Shown here in pieces: positions 1 to 7,711 of a stretch of DNA of 12,523 nucleotides. Source of the DNA: Octopus sinensis. Lineage: Eukaryota. Both the position numbers and the translations under genes were made by a program. The stretch covers positions 1 through 12,523 of the forward strand of contig NW_021826561.1 in NCBI RefSeq assembly GCF_006345805.1, read 5' to 3'. Position 1 is the first letter of the stretch. Every line of letters starts with the position of its first letter. The notes below the pieces were generated by a model. The model had not been told where the DNA came from. It saw only the letters and a list, made by a program, of their open reading frames with translations, and did no database searches.

Positions 1-379
1 TGAAGAAGAATTTTTGTGTCGCATCCCTTGCGAGATCTGCTCATATCAGCTCTACCATAGTCATGACTTTTCACATTTTCTTCTGTAACACAATTCTTCC
101 CAAAAATAAAACAAGACAAGAATATCCCCCCATCTTTTCGCAGCTGTACATTACAGACTTCATTAAAATGATCTTTGATTCGTAATTAAAATTATAACAT
201 ATGTACATAGAAATCTGTTTAGTGTGGAAAATATTTGTAGCCTCAGCCATAAAGAATGAATATATTGTCGCTGCCACGATTTCGTTTAATATTGATTTTC
301 TTCCTTAAGTAACTAAAGATTTTGATTATGTGAATCTGAATACGGTTTCAGACCATGGATATCTGTGGTTTATTTTTAG

Positions 380-426
380 GTGAAGTACATTTCACAACAG
401 TTTGATGACAGTGTCATCAAAAACGG
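380..426 (+). CDS. Candidate internal coding exon (47 nt; VKYISQQFDDSVIKN-G) of an unidentified host gene
   Basis: Acceptor ggtttatttttAG|G (AG 378-379) and consensus donor CGG|GTGAGT (GT 427-428). Only phase 0 is open; the other two frames hit TGA. Protein not recognised and no partner exon found in the window. Confidence 0.4.
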
Positions 427-978
427 GTGAGTTTTTTCATAGCACTATCATATTTGGTAAAGTTGTAGACGACTGAAAAGAAATTTCTCCTTAAACTAAC
501 TTAATGTTCTTCTGGTGAAAAAGAGAAATAAAATTTTTTTAATACTTTTAAAAAATAATAACCACGTCTTCATGGAAATTAAGACAAAACTTAATCAATT
601 TTAGAACATTACCACATATAATAACTATATGTTGAAAGTTTAAAATTTTTCTCTCAATTTCTTATAACTGCATACATTTGTGATACACTTTTAACCTAAC
701 GTGATTTTGTCCCATTTGTGAGATAACCAGTTCGTTCTGAACAAGTTAAAAACATTGGAAAATAGTGATAAATTCGGAAAAGCTATACTGTTTCCATTAT
801 CGCCTGGGTGGTGTATATGTATAAATTACTTATTTTTTTATCTTCTTTGGGTGATGGTGGCACGTATTTCATTATTGGAAAAGATCTGTTCAAACATGCC
901 ACATTGCATATATTTTAGAGACTAGCAAACTGCTTTGTCGTTTATAAAAGCAAAATCCAGTTTTACCCCTATATCTGC

Positions 979-980
<2 letters not shown>

Positions 981-1046
<66 letters not shown>
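981..1046. repeat. (AAT)22 microsatellite, 5' flank of the R4/Dong element
   Basis: Perfect AAT repeat read directly. Confidence 0.98.
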
Positions 1047-1047
<1 letters not shown>

Positions 1048-1283
1048 TCTCGGCGAAAGAATTTGACAAGCTCAGAAAATATAAAGACCTGCTCATTGAA
1101 ATTGAGAAAATGTGGCATCTCAAGGCGGTTACAATACCAGTGATCGTAGGAGCACTAGGAATGATCAAGAAGGGAACCGAAAATTAATTGAGAATGATCC
1201 CTGGCTTACCATCCCTGCAAGAAGTGCAAAAGATTGTCTTAACTGGTACATCACACGTATTGAGAAGAGCATTGTCGATGTGA
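1047..1283 (+). pseudogene. Disrupted C-terminal fragment of an RLE endonuclease-domain ORF
   Basis: In-frame TAA at 1185-1187, natural stop TGA at 1281-1283, no upstream ORF because of 5' truncation. Confidence 0.8.
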
Positions 1284-1460
1284 GAACTATTACTACCCAT
1301 GTATTTTAAGTTAACTTTATTTCTATAAAAAAAAAATGAACGAACTAGTGAGTTTAGTTTAATGGCCTACCAATGTATACTATGAGTTTCTTTGCCCTAG
1401 GAGTCGGGAAGACACTCGGCAAGAAATGGAAGCAAATTTGAAAGAAGAAGAAAAACCCAT
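1047..1460 (+). mobile_element. 5'-truncated R4/Dong-clade non-LTR retrotransposon (end of restriction-like endonuclease ORF plus 3' UTR)
   Basis: Frame from 1047 reads ISAKEFDKLRKYKDLLIEIEKMWHLKAVTIPVIVGALGMIKKGTEN*LRMIPGLPSLQEVQKIVLTGTSHVLRRALSM*. This matches the K..KY.DL..E...MW......P.I.GALG C-terminus of RLE-type (R4/Dong/Rex6) elements. A 3' UTR stem-loop (1403-1420) and an A/AAG-rich tail follow, with AAT repeats on both sides. Confidence 0.85.
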
Positions 1461-1461
1461 A

Positions 1462-1482
1462 AATAATAATAGTAATAATAAT
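1462..1482. repeat. Short (AAT)3 AGT (AAT)3 tract, 3' flank of the R4/Dong element
   Basis: aataataatagtaataataat read directly. Confidence 0.9.
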
Positions 1483-1589
1483 TTAGGAACATTCCAGCAG
1501 TTTATTGCTTGTTTGTTTTGGGGTGGGGAGAGTGTAAGTTAATATTATCGCCAACAGTATTTGAATGGTATTTTGACTCCAACAAACAT

Positions 1590-1680
1590 GAACTCGGGTC
1601 GATTTGAACTCAGAACGTAAAAGGCTAGAAGAATTATTGAAGGTTACTTTCTTTCCTGACACTGACGATTCTACTAAACT
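1590..1680 (-). mobile_element. Degenerate head of the tRNA-derived SINE type B
   Basis: aactcgggtcgatttgaactcagaacgtaaaagg and ctgacgattctac align with aacctcggcggaatttgaactcagaacgtaacgg and ctaacgattctgc of the copy at 3407-3635. Confidence 0.55.
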
Positions 1681-1904
1681 TGTCTTTTTTTTTTTTTTTT
1701 GTCCTGTACTCCTGTATGTAAAAAATGATTTGCACAGAAACACAGAAGCTAAATATACGGAGGCGAAGGTGTTTGAAAGTAGAAGGATCTGTTGAATTGT
1801 CGCACTTGCAAAATAATTATAGTATTTTGTATCAAATAATCTGCGATTTTATACATTTTGATTGAAACTGTATTGTTTCTTTTTTTAAAATCAGTTCTGT
1901 ATTT

Positions 1905-2328
1905 GGATCTTTTCGGTTTGAACGGCAGTTTTTGCTAGCGGTGTCATATGAAATTGTCACCCATAATTATGACCCTAGTATCGATCTATTGCATTTCAGT
2001 CTTTTTTAGGGTTAGGTTTAGGATTAGGGGTAGGGGGAAGGGTATCTTTTTTTCTTCACAAATGTAAATAAACAAAATCTGTTTCTTAAACGAGGGACAT
2101 ATTCATACGGCACAGAATGACTTTTACCTCAATGGACGTAATTGATTGGTTGAAATTGCAGAAATTGAAGAAAAAACAACAACAAATATCTTACAAACTA
2201 TAGAATTTTCTCAATAAAGCCAAGAGAAAAAGATGTTTTATAAACACATTCTACCAGTATACGAAGTTTAAAATTTTTTAGCTACCTAGAAATTATGTTA
2301 AAAACTGCCGTTCAAACCGAAAAGATCC
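1905..2328. mobile_element. Non-autonomous TIR element (MITE), 424 bp, with 29-bp perfect TIRs and a 13-bp flanking direct repeat
   Basis: TIR GGATCTTTTCGGTTTGAACGGCAGTTTTT at 1905-1933 and its exact reverse complement at 2300-2328. CAGTTCTGTATTT lies at 1892-1904 and 2329-2341. No ORF. Superfamily not assignable. Confidence 0.9.
2006..2042 (+). repeat. Telomere-like TTAGGN units / G-rich tract inside the MITE
   Basis: ttaggg ttaggt ttagga ttaggg gtaggg gg aaggg read directly. Confidence 0.8.
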
Positions 2329-2433
2329 CAGTTCTGTATTTAAAATTTTAAAAACAATAATTTTCATATTTGTATATTGGTAACTACACTTAATCGAATA
2401 TTTTGCATATTAGGCGGAGGAATATTTTGCATA

Positions 2434-2606
2434 TAGGCGCAGGAGTGGTTGTGTGGTAAGTAGCTTGCCTACCAACCACATGGTTCCGGGTTCATTCCCA
2501 CTGCGTGGCACCTTGGGCAAGTGTCTTCTACTATTGCCTTGGGCCGACCAAAGCCTTGTGAGTGGATTTGGTAGACGGAAACTGAAAGAAGCCCATCGCA
2601 TATATG

Positions 2607-2639
<33 letters not shown>

Positions 2640-2834
2640 TTGTATGTCTGTGTTTGTCCCCCCAACAACCGATGGCGGTGTGTTTACGTCCCCGTAACTT
2701 AGCGGTTCGGCAAAAGACACCGATAGAATAAGTACTAGGCTTCCAAAGAATAAGTCTTGGGATCGATTTCTTCGACTAAAAGGCGGTGCTAAGAGCATGG
2801 CCGCAGTCAAATGACTGAAACAAGTAAAAGAGAG
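2434..2834 (+). mobile_element. Full-length tRNA-derived SINE type A with internal (TA)n(TG)n microsatellite
   Basis: A-box-like gtggttgtgtggtaag, B-box-like gggttcattccc, CORE-like accttgggcaagtgtcttc, microsatellite ~2600-2650, 3' module ending aatgactgaaacaagtaaaagag. Homologous copies at 4643, 5581-6105 and 8975-9394. Confidence 0.9.
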
Positions 2835-3019
2835 TAATATTGATTTAGTGACAGAGAAACAGTATCTGAAGATCAAGAGATAATGTGTATTCTACTCAAA
2901 ATACTCTACATTTAGTTGTAATTAAATGAACAACTTTTGATTTGCCGAAGAATCCGTTCAACCACTTGAAGCTCCCTAATATATTTGTATGTGTTTGCGG
3001 AGGGGGTCGTGTCTTTGTG

Positions 3020-3062
3020 TGCGTGCGTGAGTGTGCGTGTGTGTGTGTGTGTGTGTGCGCGC
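3020..3062. repeat. (TG)n/(CG) compound microsatellite
   Basis: Read directly. Confidence 0.9.
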
Positions 3063-3073
3063 GTTTGTATCGT

Positions 3074-3215
3074 GTGACGTAGGGCGTTGGGGCTCATGAC
3101 CTTGAAGTTGTGGGTTCGATTCCTGGACTGGGTAGAACGTGTTATGTCCTTGAGCAAGAAACTTCATTTTACGTTGCTCCTGTCTACTCCGCTGTATATA
3201 AGCGAGCACCAGCGA
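3074..3215 (+). mobile_element. Degenerate tRNA-derived SINE type C (CORE/V-like central domain)
   Basis: B-box GGTTCGATTCC at 3113-3123, preceded by a decayed A-box region and followed by tgtccttgagcaagaaacttcattttacgttgctcc. Boundaries approximate. Confidence 0.7.
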
Positions 3216-3406
3216 AATACTAACGCGGCTCTTTCTCCCACTTTTACCTGCCGTCACATCCTCCGTGTTCTGGTGGTGCAAGAATGTAATGGCGGAGTGG
3301 GTGTTTGTATCTGCTCTCGACAACATAAGCATCAAGCGAAAGGGTGAGCCAATCTACAAGGTCATACTCTTTGCGAGTGACAGCCAAGCATACGTATGCA
3401 TATATG

Positions 3407-3635
3407 TTTCTTTATTACCCACACGGGGCTAAACATAGAGGGGACAAACAAGGACAGACAAACGGATTAAGACGATTACATCGACCCCAGTGCTTAACTG
3501 GTACTTAATTTATCGACCCCAAGAGGATGAAAGGCAAAGTCAACCTCGGCGGAATTTGAACTCAGAACGTAACGGCAGACGAAATACGGCTACGCATTTC
3601 GCCCGGCGTGCTAACGATTCTGCCAGCTCGCCGCC
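3407..3635 (-). mobile_element. Near-intact tRNA-derived SINE type B
   Basis: Minus strand starts ggcggcgagc, with A-box TGGCAGAATCGTTAG (3625-3611), B-box GAGTTCAAATTCC (3563-3551), core gcctttcatcctcttggggtcgataaattaagtaccag and tail ...gtgggtaataaagaaa. Confidence 0.9.
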
Positions 3636-3639
3636 TTTT

Positions 3640-3760
3640 ATGCATATATACGTATGTATATATGCATGTACGTGTGCGTGTGTGTGTACGTGTGCGTGTG
3701 AGTGTGTGTATGTGTGTGTGTGTGTGTGTTCGTGTGTGTGTGTTCATGTGTGAGTGTGTG
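3640..3760. repeat. Compound (TA)/(TG)/(CG) microsatellite
   Basis: Read directly. Confidence 0.9.
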
Positions 3761-3789
3761 AAAGATTTCTTTCTTCTGGGAATTAAAAA

Positions 3790-4365
3790 AATATATCCAG
3801 AGAAATTACGTGGTCAGCTTTGTCAAGTGGATCATGCGAAGTAGAGTAAATGCCATCAAAGATGAAGGAGGAGAGAATTGAGATGATGACTTGAATAACG
3901 AATTGGGAAACTGACCAGCTGAGAAAGACATTGAAACGGGAAGAAATTAACGATATTGATTTCAAGAGGAACCAGATTTTAGCATAGAGCCAATTAAATT
4001 AATGAGTTTAACCAGAGAGAAATTAAAGACGTTAAGTCATAGCAAAATCAACGACTTTAGAGTTGAACCAATTAACATGATGAGTATTGATATCACTAAA
4101 GACAATAATAATTTAAGGACAACGAGAAAGGATCTGGTCAATTTTGTCGCTTAGAACATCAATGAGTGTAGTCATAACAGAACGGAGAGCGATAAAGGAA
4201 GAAAAGTGGTTGAATGTAGTAAAGCCAATAGTCAGTCAGATCTCACCTAAATTCACGCTTAATCATCTTTATGCCGAGGAGGTTAACCATTAACGTTACA
4301 AAGAAATCCAAGCTGTGAGGGTACCAGGGCTCAAGTTAATCTCTGGAAAGAAGTGGGTGAAAGAG
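3790..4365 (-). mobile_element. Decayed LINE fragment, apurinic-like (APE) endonuclease domain, CR1/L2/Jockey-group type
   Basis: Minus-strand frames give, in order, LALLHSTTF / FFLYRSP, IDVLSDKIDQILSRCP*IIIVFSDINTHHVNWFNS (GDFN.H..W motif), QCLSQLVSFPIRY (L.QLV.FPTR motif) and YSTSHDPLDKADHVIS (PLG.SDH motif). Several stops and frameshifts. Exact clade not determinable. Confidence 0.8.
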
Positions 4366-4642
4366 TGTTTTTTTTTCTTTTTATTTAGTAGGAAAGATTG
4401 AACAGAAGTAAAATTACTGTGGAGATCTTGATTGTAAGTGAATGAAAAGTCACAAGTGAGGGTGAAATGGATTAAGTTTTTGTTTTATGTTTATTTTGCA
4501 AAATTGAAAGTAAATACTTGTGAAAGATTTCTCAAACTACTACAAGAAATAATTGAAAGCAGTTTGAAGCTACTATGCTAAACGCATAGCAAACACGTAA
4601 CAAAAGGCTTTTAACGTGATCTCAGAAACCTCCATGACCTCG

Positions 4643-4810
4643 TTTTGCAACCACGTGATTTTAAGTTCAGTCCCACAACGCAGCACTTCGGGCAAATATC
4701 GTCTACTATACGTCTGGGCCGACTAATATCTTGTGAGTGAATTTGGCTGACAGAAGCTGGAAGAAGCCCGTTGTATATGAGTGCGTATGTGTGTGTGTGT
4801 ATGTGTGTTT
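4643..4810 (+). mobile_element. Diverged 5' half of SINE type A ending in its microsatellite
   Basis: caaccacgtgattttaagttcagtcccac...gggcaaatatcgtctactata...gggccgac...ttgtgagtgaatttgg...gaagaagcccg aligns to 2470-2600. Confidence 0.75.
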
Positions 4811-4835
4811 GTGAAAGTGAGAGAGTGGAGAATGG

Positions 4836-4904
4836 GAGATAACAGAGTATGTGTGAGATATTACAGAGCATGTGCGAGATAGGACAGGATGTTTGTGAGA
4901 AAGG
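4836..4904. repeat. Three diverged 21-bp tandem units (ACAGAGYATGTGYGAGATAKK)
   Basis: Units start at 4842, 4863 and 4884. Confidence 0.55.
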
Positions 4905-4953
4905 GGTATGGAGAAATCATTAGTAGTAAAACAAAATAGTCTTTATGAATAGA

Positions 4954-5318
4954 CTAGCAGTATCGCCCGGCGTTGCTCGGGTTTGTTTCGACCCTTTAGA
5001 ATTGAAATTTTTGAAAAGTAAAAGTTTTGCATTATGTAGCTTGTTATTCTCTTTAAATGAACATTTTTCTGGTTGAAATACACCGAAAAATGGCGACACA
5101 GCAGTCAAAAAATCGTAAAAAATAGTGATTCTCATAAAAAAAGCACCTTTTTGATATAAATAATTTTTGGTCTTAATATAGTCCGATTTGAATTTTTTCT
5201 TCTAAGGAAGGAAGAGCAAGCCTCCTTCTATCATACTCGGGTCTCGGAGGAGATAGTGTTAGTTGAAGGCTACCAAACCTGCTACAGACAGACAACTTCA
5301 GCTTTATATAGAGAAAGA
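4954..5318 (-). mobile_element. Non-autonomous Helitron (365 bp)
   Basis: Minus strand reads A|TCTTTCTCTATATAAAGC (TC at 5318-5317) ... imperfect GC-rich hairpin cccgagcaacgccggg (4981-4966), 8 nt, CTAG|T (4957-4954). This gives the canonical 5'-TC, 3'-hairpin-CTRR, AT target and no TSD. Short (CTGT)n near the 5' end. Confidence 0.8.
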
Positions 5319-5580
5319 TTTGTCACAGACGCAGACAGTTTGGTGTGGTGACTCTGCAGATAACGGGAGGTAAACGCGTGTCCCAATAGGAACTACAAGA
5401 ATCTGTGCATTCCATAATAGCATCAATGCTGTTTCTAATTGCTGGGGGTAGCAGTTAGAAACTGTTGAATTCGTTGACTCCAGCTGATGAAGAGTGTGGA
5501 CCGCACAACAAACTTCATGTAAAATTCTAACGTGCCTGAATCTTTTGATGTTTGTTTTTTGAAATTATATAGCTTTTGCA

Positions 5581-5789
5581 TTTTACTTGTTTTACTCAAG
5601 TGACTCTGGCCATGCTGAGACAAGGCCTTGAAGAGATGTTGTCGAATGAATTGATCCCGGTACTTATTTTTTAAGCGTGATACTTATAGTATCAGTTTTT
5701 TTGCCGAAGAGCTAAGTTACGGAAACGTAAACGCACCAAAATCGGTTAAGTAGTGGCCGAATACACGCATATACGCACGTGCATGCACC

Positions 5790-5826
<37 letters not shown>

Positions 5827-5837
5827 ACACACACACA

Positions 5838-5918
<81 letters not shown>

Positions 5919-6105
5919 AAATGGGACAGGAATATATATATATATACGACGGACTTCTTTCAATTTCCACCTACCAAATTCACTCACAAGGCTTTGGTCT
6001 GCCCGAAACTATAGTACAAAACAGTTGCCCAAGTTGAAACGCAGTAAGACTGAACCCGGAACCTTGTGCTTATAAAGCAAACTTCTTACCGTAGAGCAAC
6101 GCCTA
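5581..6105 (-). mobile_element. Full-length diverged SINE type A with expanded internal (CA)n(TA)n microsatellite
   Basis: Reverse complement of head (taggcgttg..., cttgggcaac, caaagccttgtgagtgaatttggtagg) and tail (cagcatggccagagtcacttgagtaaaacaagtaaaa) match 2434-2834. Microsatellite ~5770-5947. Confidence 0.85.
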
Positions 6106-6126
6106 CAAGTATATACATACATTACG

Positions 6127-6151
6127 TAGATAGATAGACAGACAGACAGAC

Positions 6152-6229
<78 letters not shown>

Positions 6230-6240
6230 CAGAATAGACA
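6127..6240. repeat. (GATA)n/(GACA)n tetranucleotide microsatellite
   Basis: Read directly. Confidence 0.95.
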
Positions 6241-6249
6241 GGTAGAAAT

Positions 6250-6420
6250 ACATACACACATGCATATACATATATATATATATACATACCTATATATATT
6301 CTTATTCTTTCTATTTTCATTTATCAACTTCCCTTTGCTTCCCCCGGTCTCTGTGCCTGTGTGTGTATGTTTATATATATATGTATGTATGTATGTATGT
6401 ATATATATATATATATTATA

Positions 6421-6470
<50 letters not shown>

Positions 6471-6594
6471 TACAGGCATGCATATACATATATATATATA
6501 CATACCTATATATATTCTTATTCTTTCTATTTCATTTATCAACTTCCCTCTCCTCCCGGTCTCTGTGCTTGTGGTGTGTATGTTTATGTACGTA

Positions 6595-6649
<55 letters not shown>

Positions 6650-6660
6650 CATACACATTT
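6250..6660. repeat. Local direct duplication, period ~216 bp, with (TA)n tracts
   Basis: catacctatatatattcttattctttctat(t)ttcatttatcaacttccct...cccggtctctgtgc.tgtg starts at 6285 and again at 6501. Confidence 0.85.
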
Positions 6661-6689
6661 ACCAATATATACATACATAAGAAGCCTAT

Positions 6690-6815
6690 ATATGTGTGCG
6701 GATATGTATGTTTGCATGTATGTAAGTATGTATACCTGTATGTTTGTATGCATGTATGTACGCTTATGTATGTATGTGTGTATGTATGTATGCATACCTC
6801 TATGCATATACATAC
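6690..6815. repeat. Degenerate (TATG)n microsatellite
   Basis: Read directly. Confidence 0.85.
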
Positions 6816-7631
6816 AGGTTTTGCTTTTATCCTTTTATCCCTCTTTCTCTATTGTCTCAATAGCTAACTCTCATTCTCATCATTTTCACTTCCGGTCGAT
6901 ATGTCGGCCATCAGAATTTCCTTTTACCAATAAATTCTAATCCATTATAAAACACAGAAATGTCTCTTTGATTTCTATATTTTCATTTCTGATTTAATTT
7001 CTATGGATTTCAAACAAATCCCTGTCGACCATATATCGTATTTATTCATTCAGAAATATTGCAAATGTTTTTTGCTTTTTTTCCCTGGATTCTCATCTGA
7101 TTACTATCTTTTGTGAATTTTCCCTTCATTTCTTTATCAATTAAGAAATACAAATCAATTCCTTTTTATCCTAGAAAAGAGGTTTTAAATATTTTCAACG
7201 AGTGTGGTGGGGAAGGTTAACTTCAACTTAGGTTCATTTCAATTTCTTCATTCTTATATTTATTTTTCTTTCATATATTTTTGTGCTTATCTTGTTGGGT
7301 TTTTCTCTTTATATTTGAATTGTTTAATCTAGATAATGTCTAGGTCGTATTTTTTCAGTATGTATAAATATATGTATGTGCTTATAATACATATGTATGT
7401 GTATGTGTGTGTATGTGTGTGTGCGTACATACATGTATTTTGTGAATACCAATATTAGTAAGTTTTCATGGACAAGCACAATGTTGTGTGTGTGGGTGAA
7501 GTTTAAATGAATGTGTATGTTGATATTTGCTTTATGTAGCAATATATAAAATATTTGAATATTATATTGAAGGATCACTCAATATTTTTAGCAGAGTACC
7601 ATGTTAATATTAATTCCCACAGGGAAAATTT

Positions 7632-7711
7632 GTCTGTGACATCTACGTTTCGGTTTGCTGCTTGTTATCAGACTGATGACGATTAGTGAGCCGAAACTTC
7701 GAAGTCACTGC
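7632..7711. ncRNA. Divergent pair of degenerate minimal type I hammerhead ribozyme-like motifs (possible Penelope-like element remnant)
   Basis: Plus strand: CTGATGA (7673-7679), 13 nt, GAAA (7693-7696), palindromic stem III ACTTCGAAGT, GTC (7704-7706), actg pairing back to caga. Minus strand: CTGATAA (7671-7665), 13 nt, GAAA (7651-7648), CGTAGAT, GTC (7640-7638). Both carry mismatches, so activity is not implied. Confidence 0.5.

Noticed and set aside
1-82. Possible minus-strand exon after ttacAG (ENVKSHDYGRADMSRSRKGCDTKILL)
   Set aside because: Mediocre pyrimidine tract, cut off by the window edge, unrecognised peptide, and on the opposite strand to the better exon candidate at 380-426.
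2-89. Plus frame EEEFLCRIPCEICSYQLYHSHDF with a zinc-finger/B-box-like Cys/His pattern
   Set aside because: Ligand spacing fits no family I can name, a stop follows at 87-89, and there is no good splice donor.
1112-1309. 65-aa ORF MASQGGYNTS...
   Set aside because: An alternative frame over the R4/Dong fragment; the meaningful frame starts at 1047.
2006-2037. True telomere or chromosome-fusion scar
   Set aside because: Only five degenerate units, enclosed within MITE TIRs.
3551-3635. tRNA gene suggested by A and B boxes (also at 2445-2495 and 3074-3123)
   Set aside because: No complete cloverleaf could be built, and each is followed by SINE body sequence.
3783-3965. 60-aa minus-strand ORF ending PLDKADHVISLDIFF
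   Set aside because: One frame segment of the decayed LINE endonuclease, not an independent gene.
5712-6940. Many 70-170-aa ORFs (YIYI, THTH, VCVC, LSIY runs)
   Set aside because: Microsatellite translation artefacts.
7173-7215. Possible plus-strand exon after tttttatcctAG (KEVLNIFNECGGE)
   Set aside because: The donor AAG|GTTAAC is poor and there is no other support.
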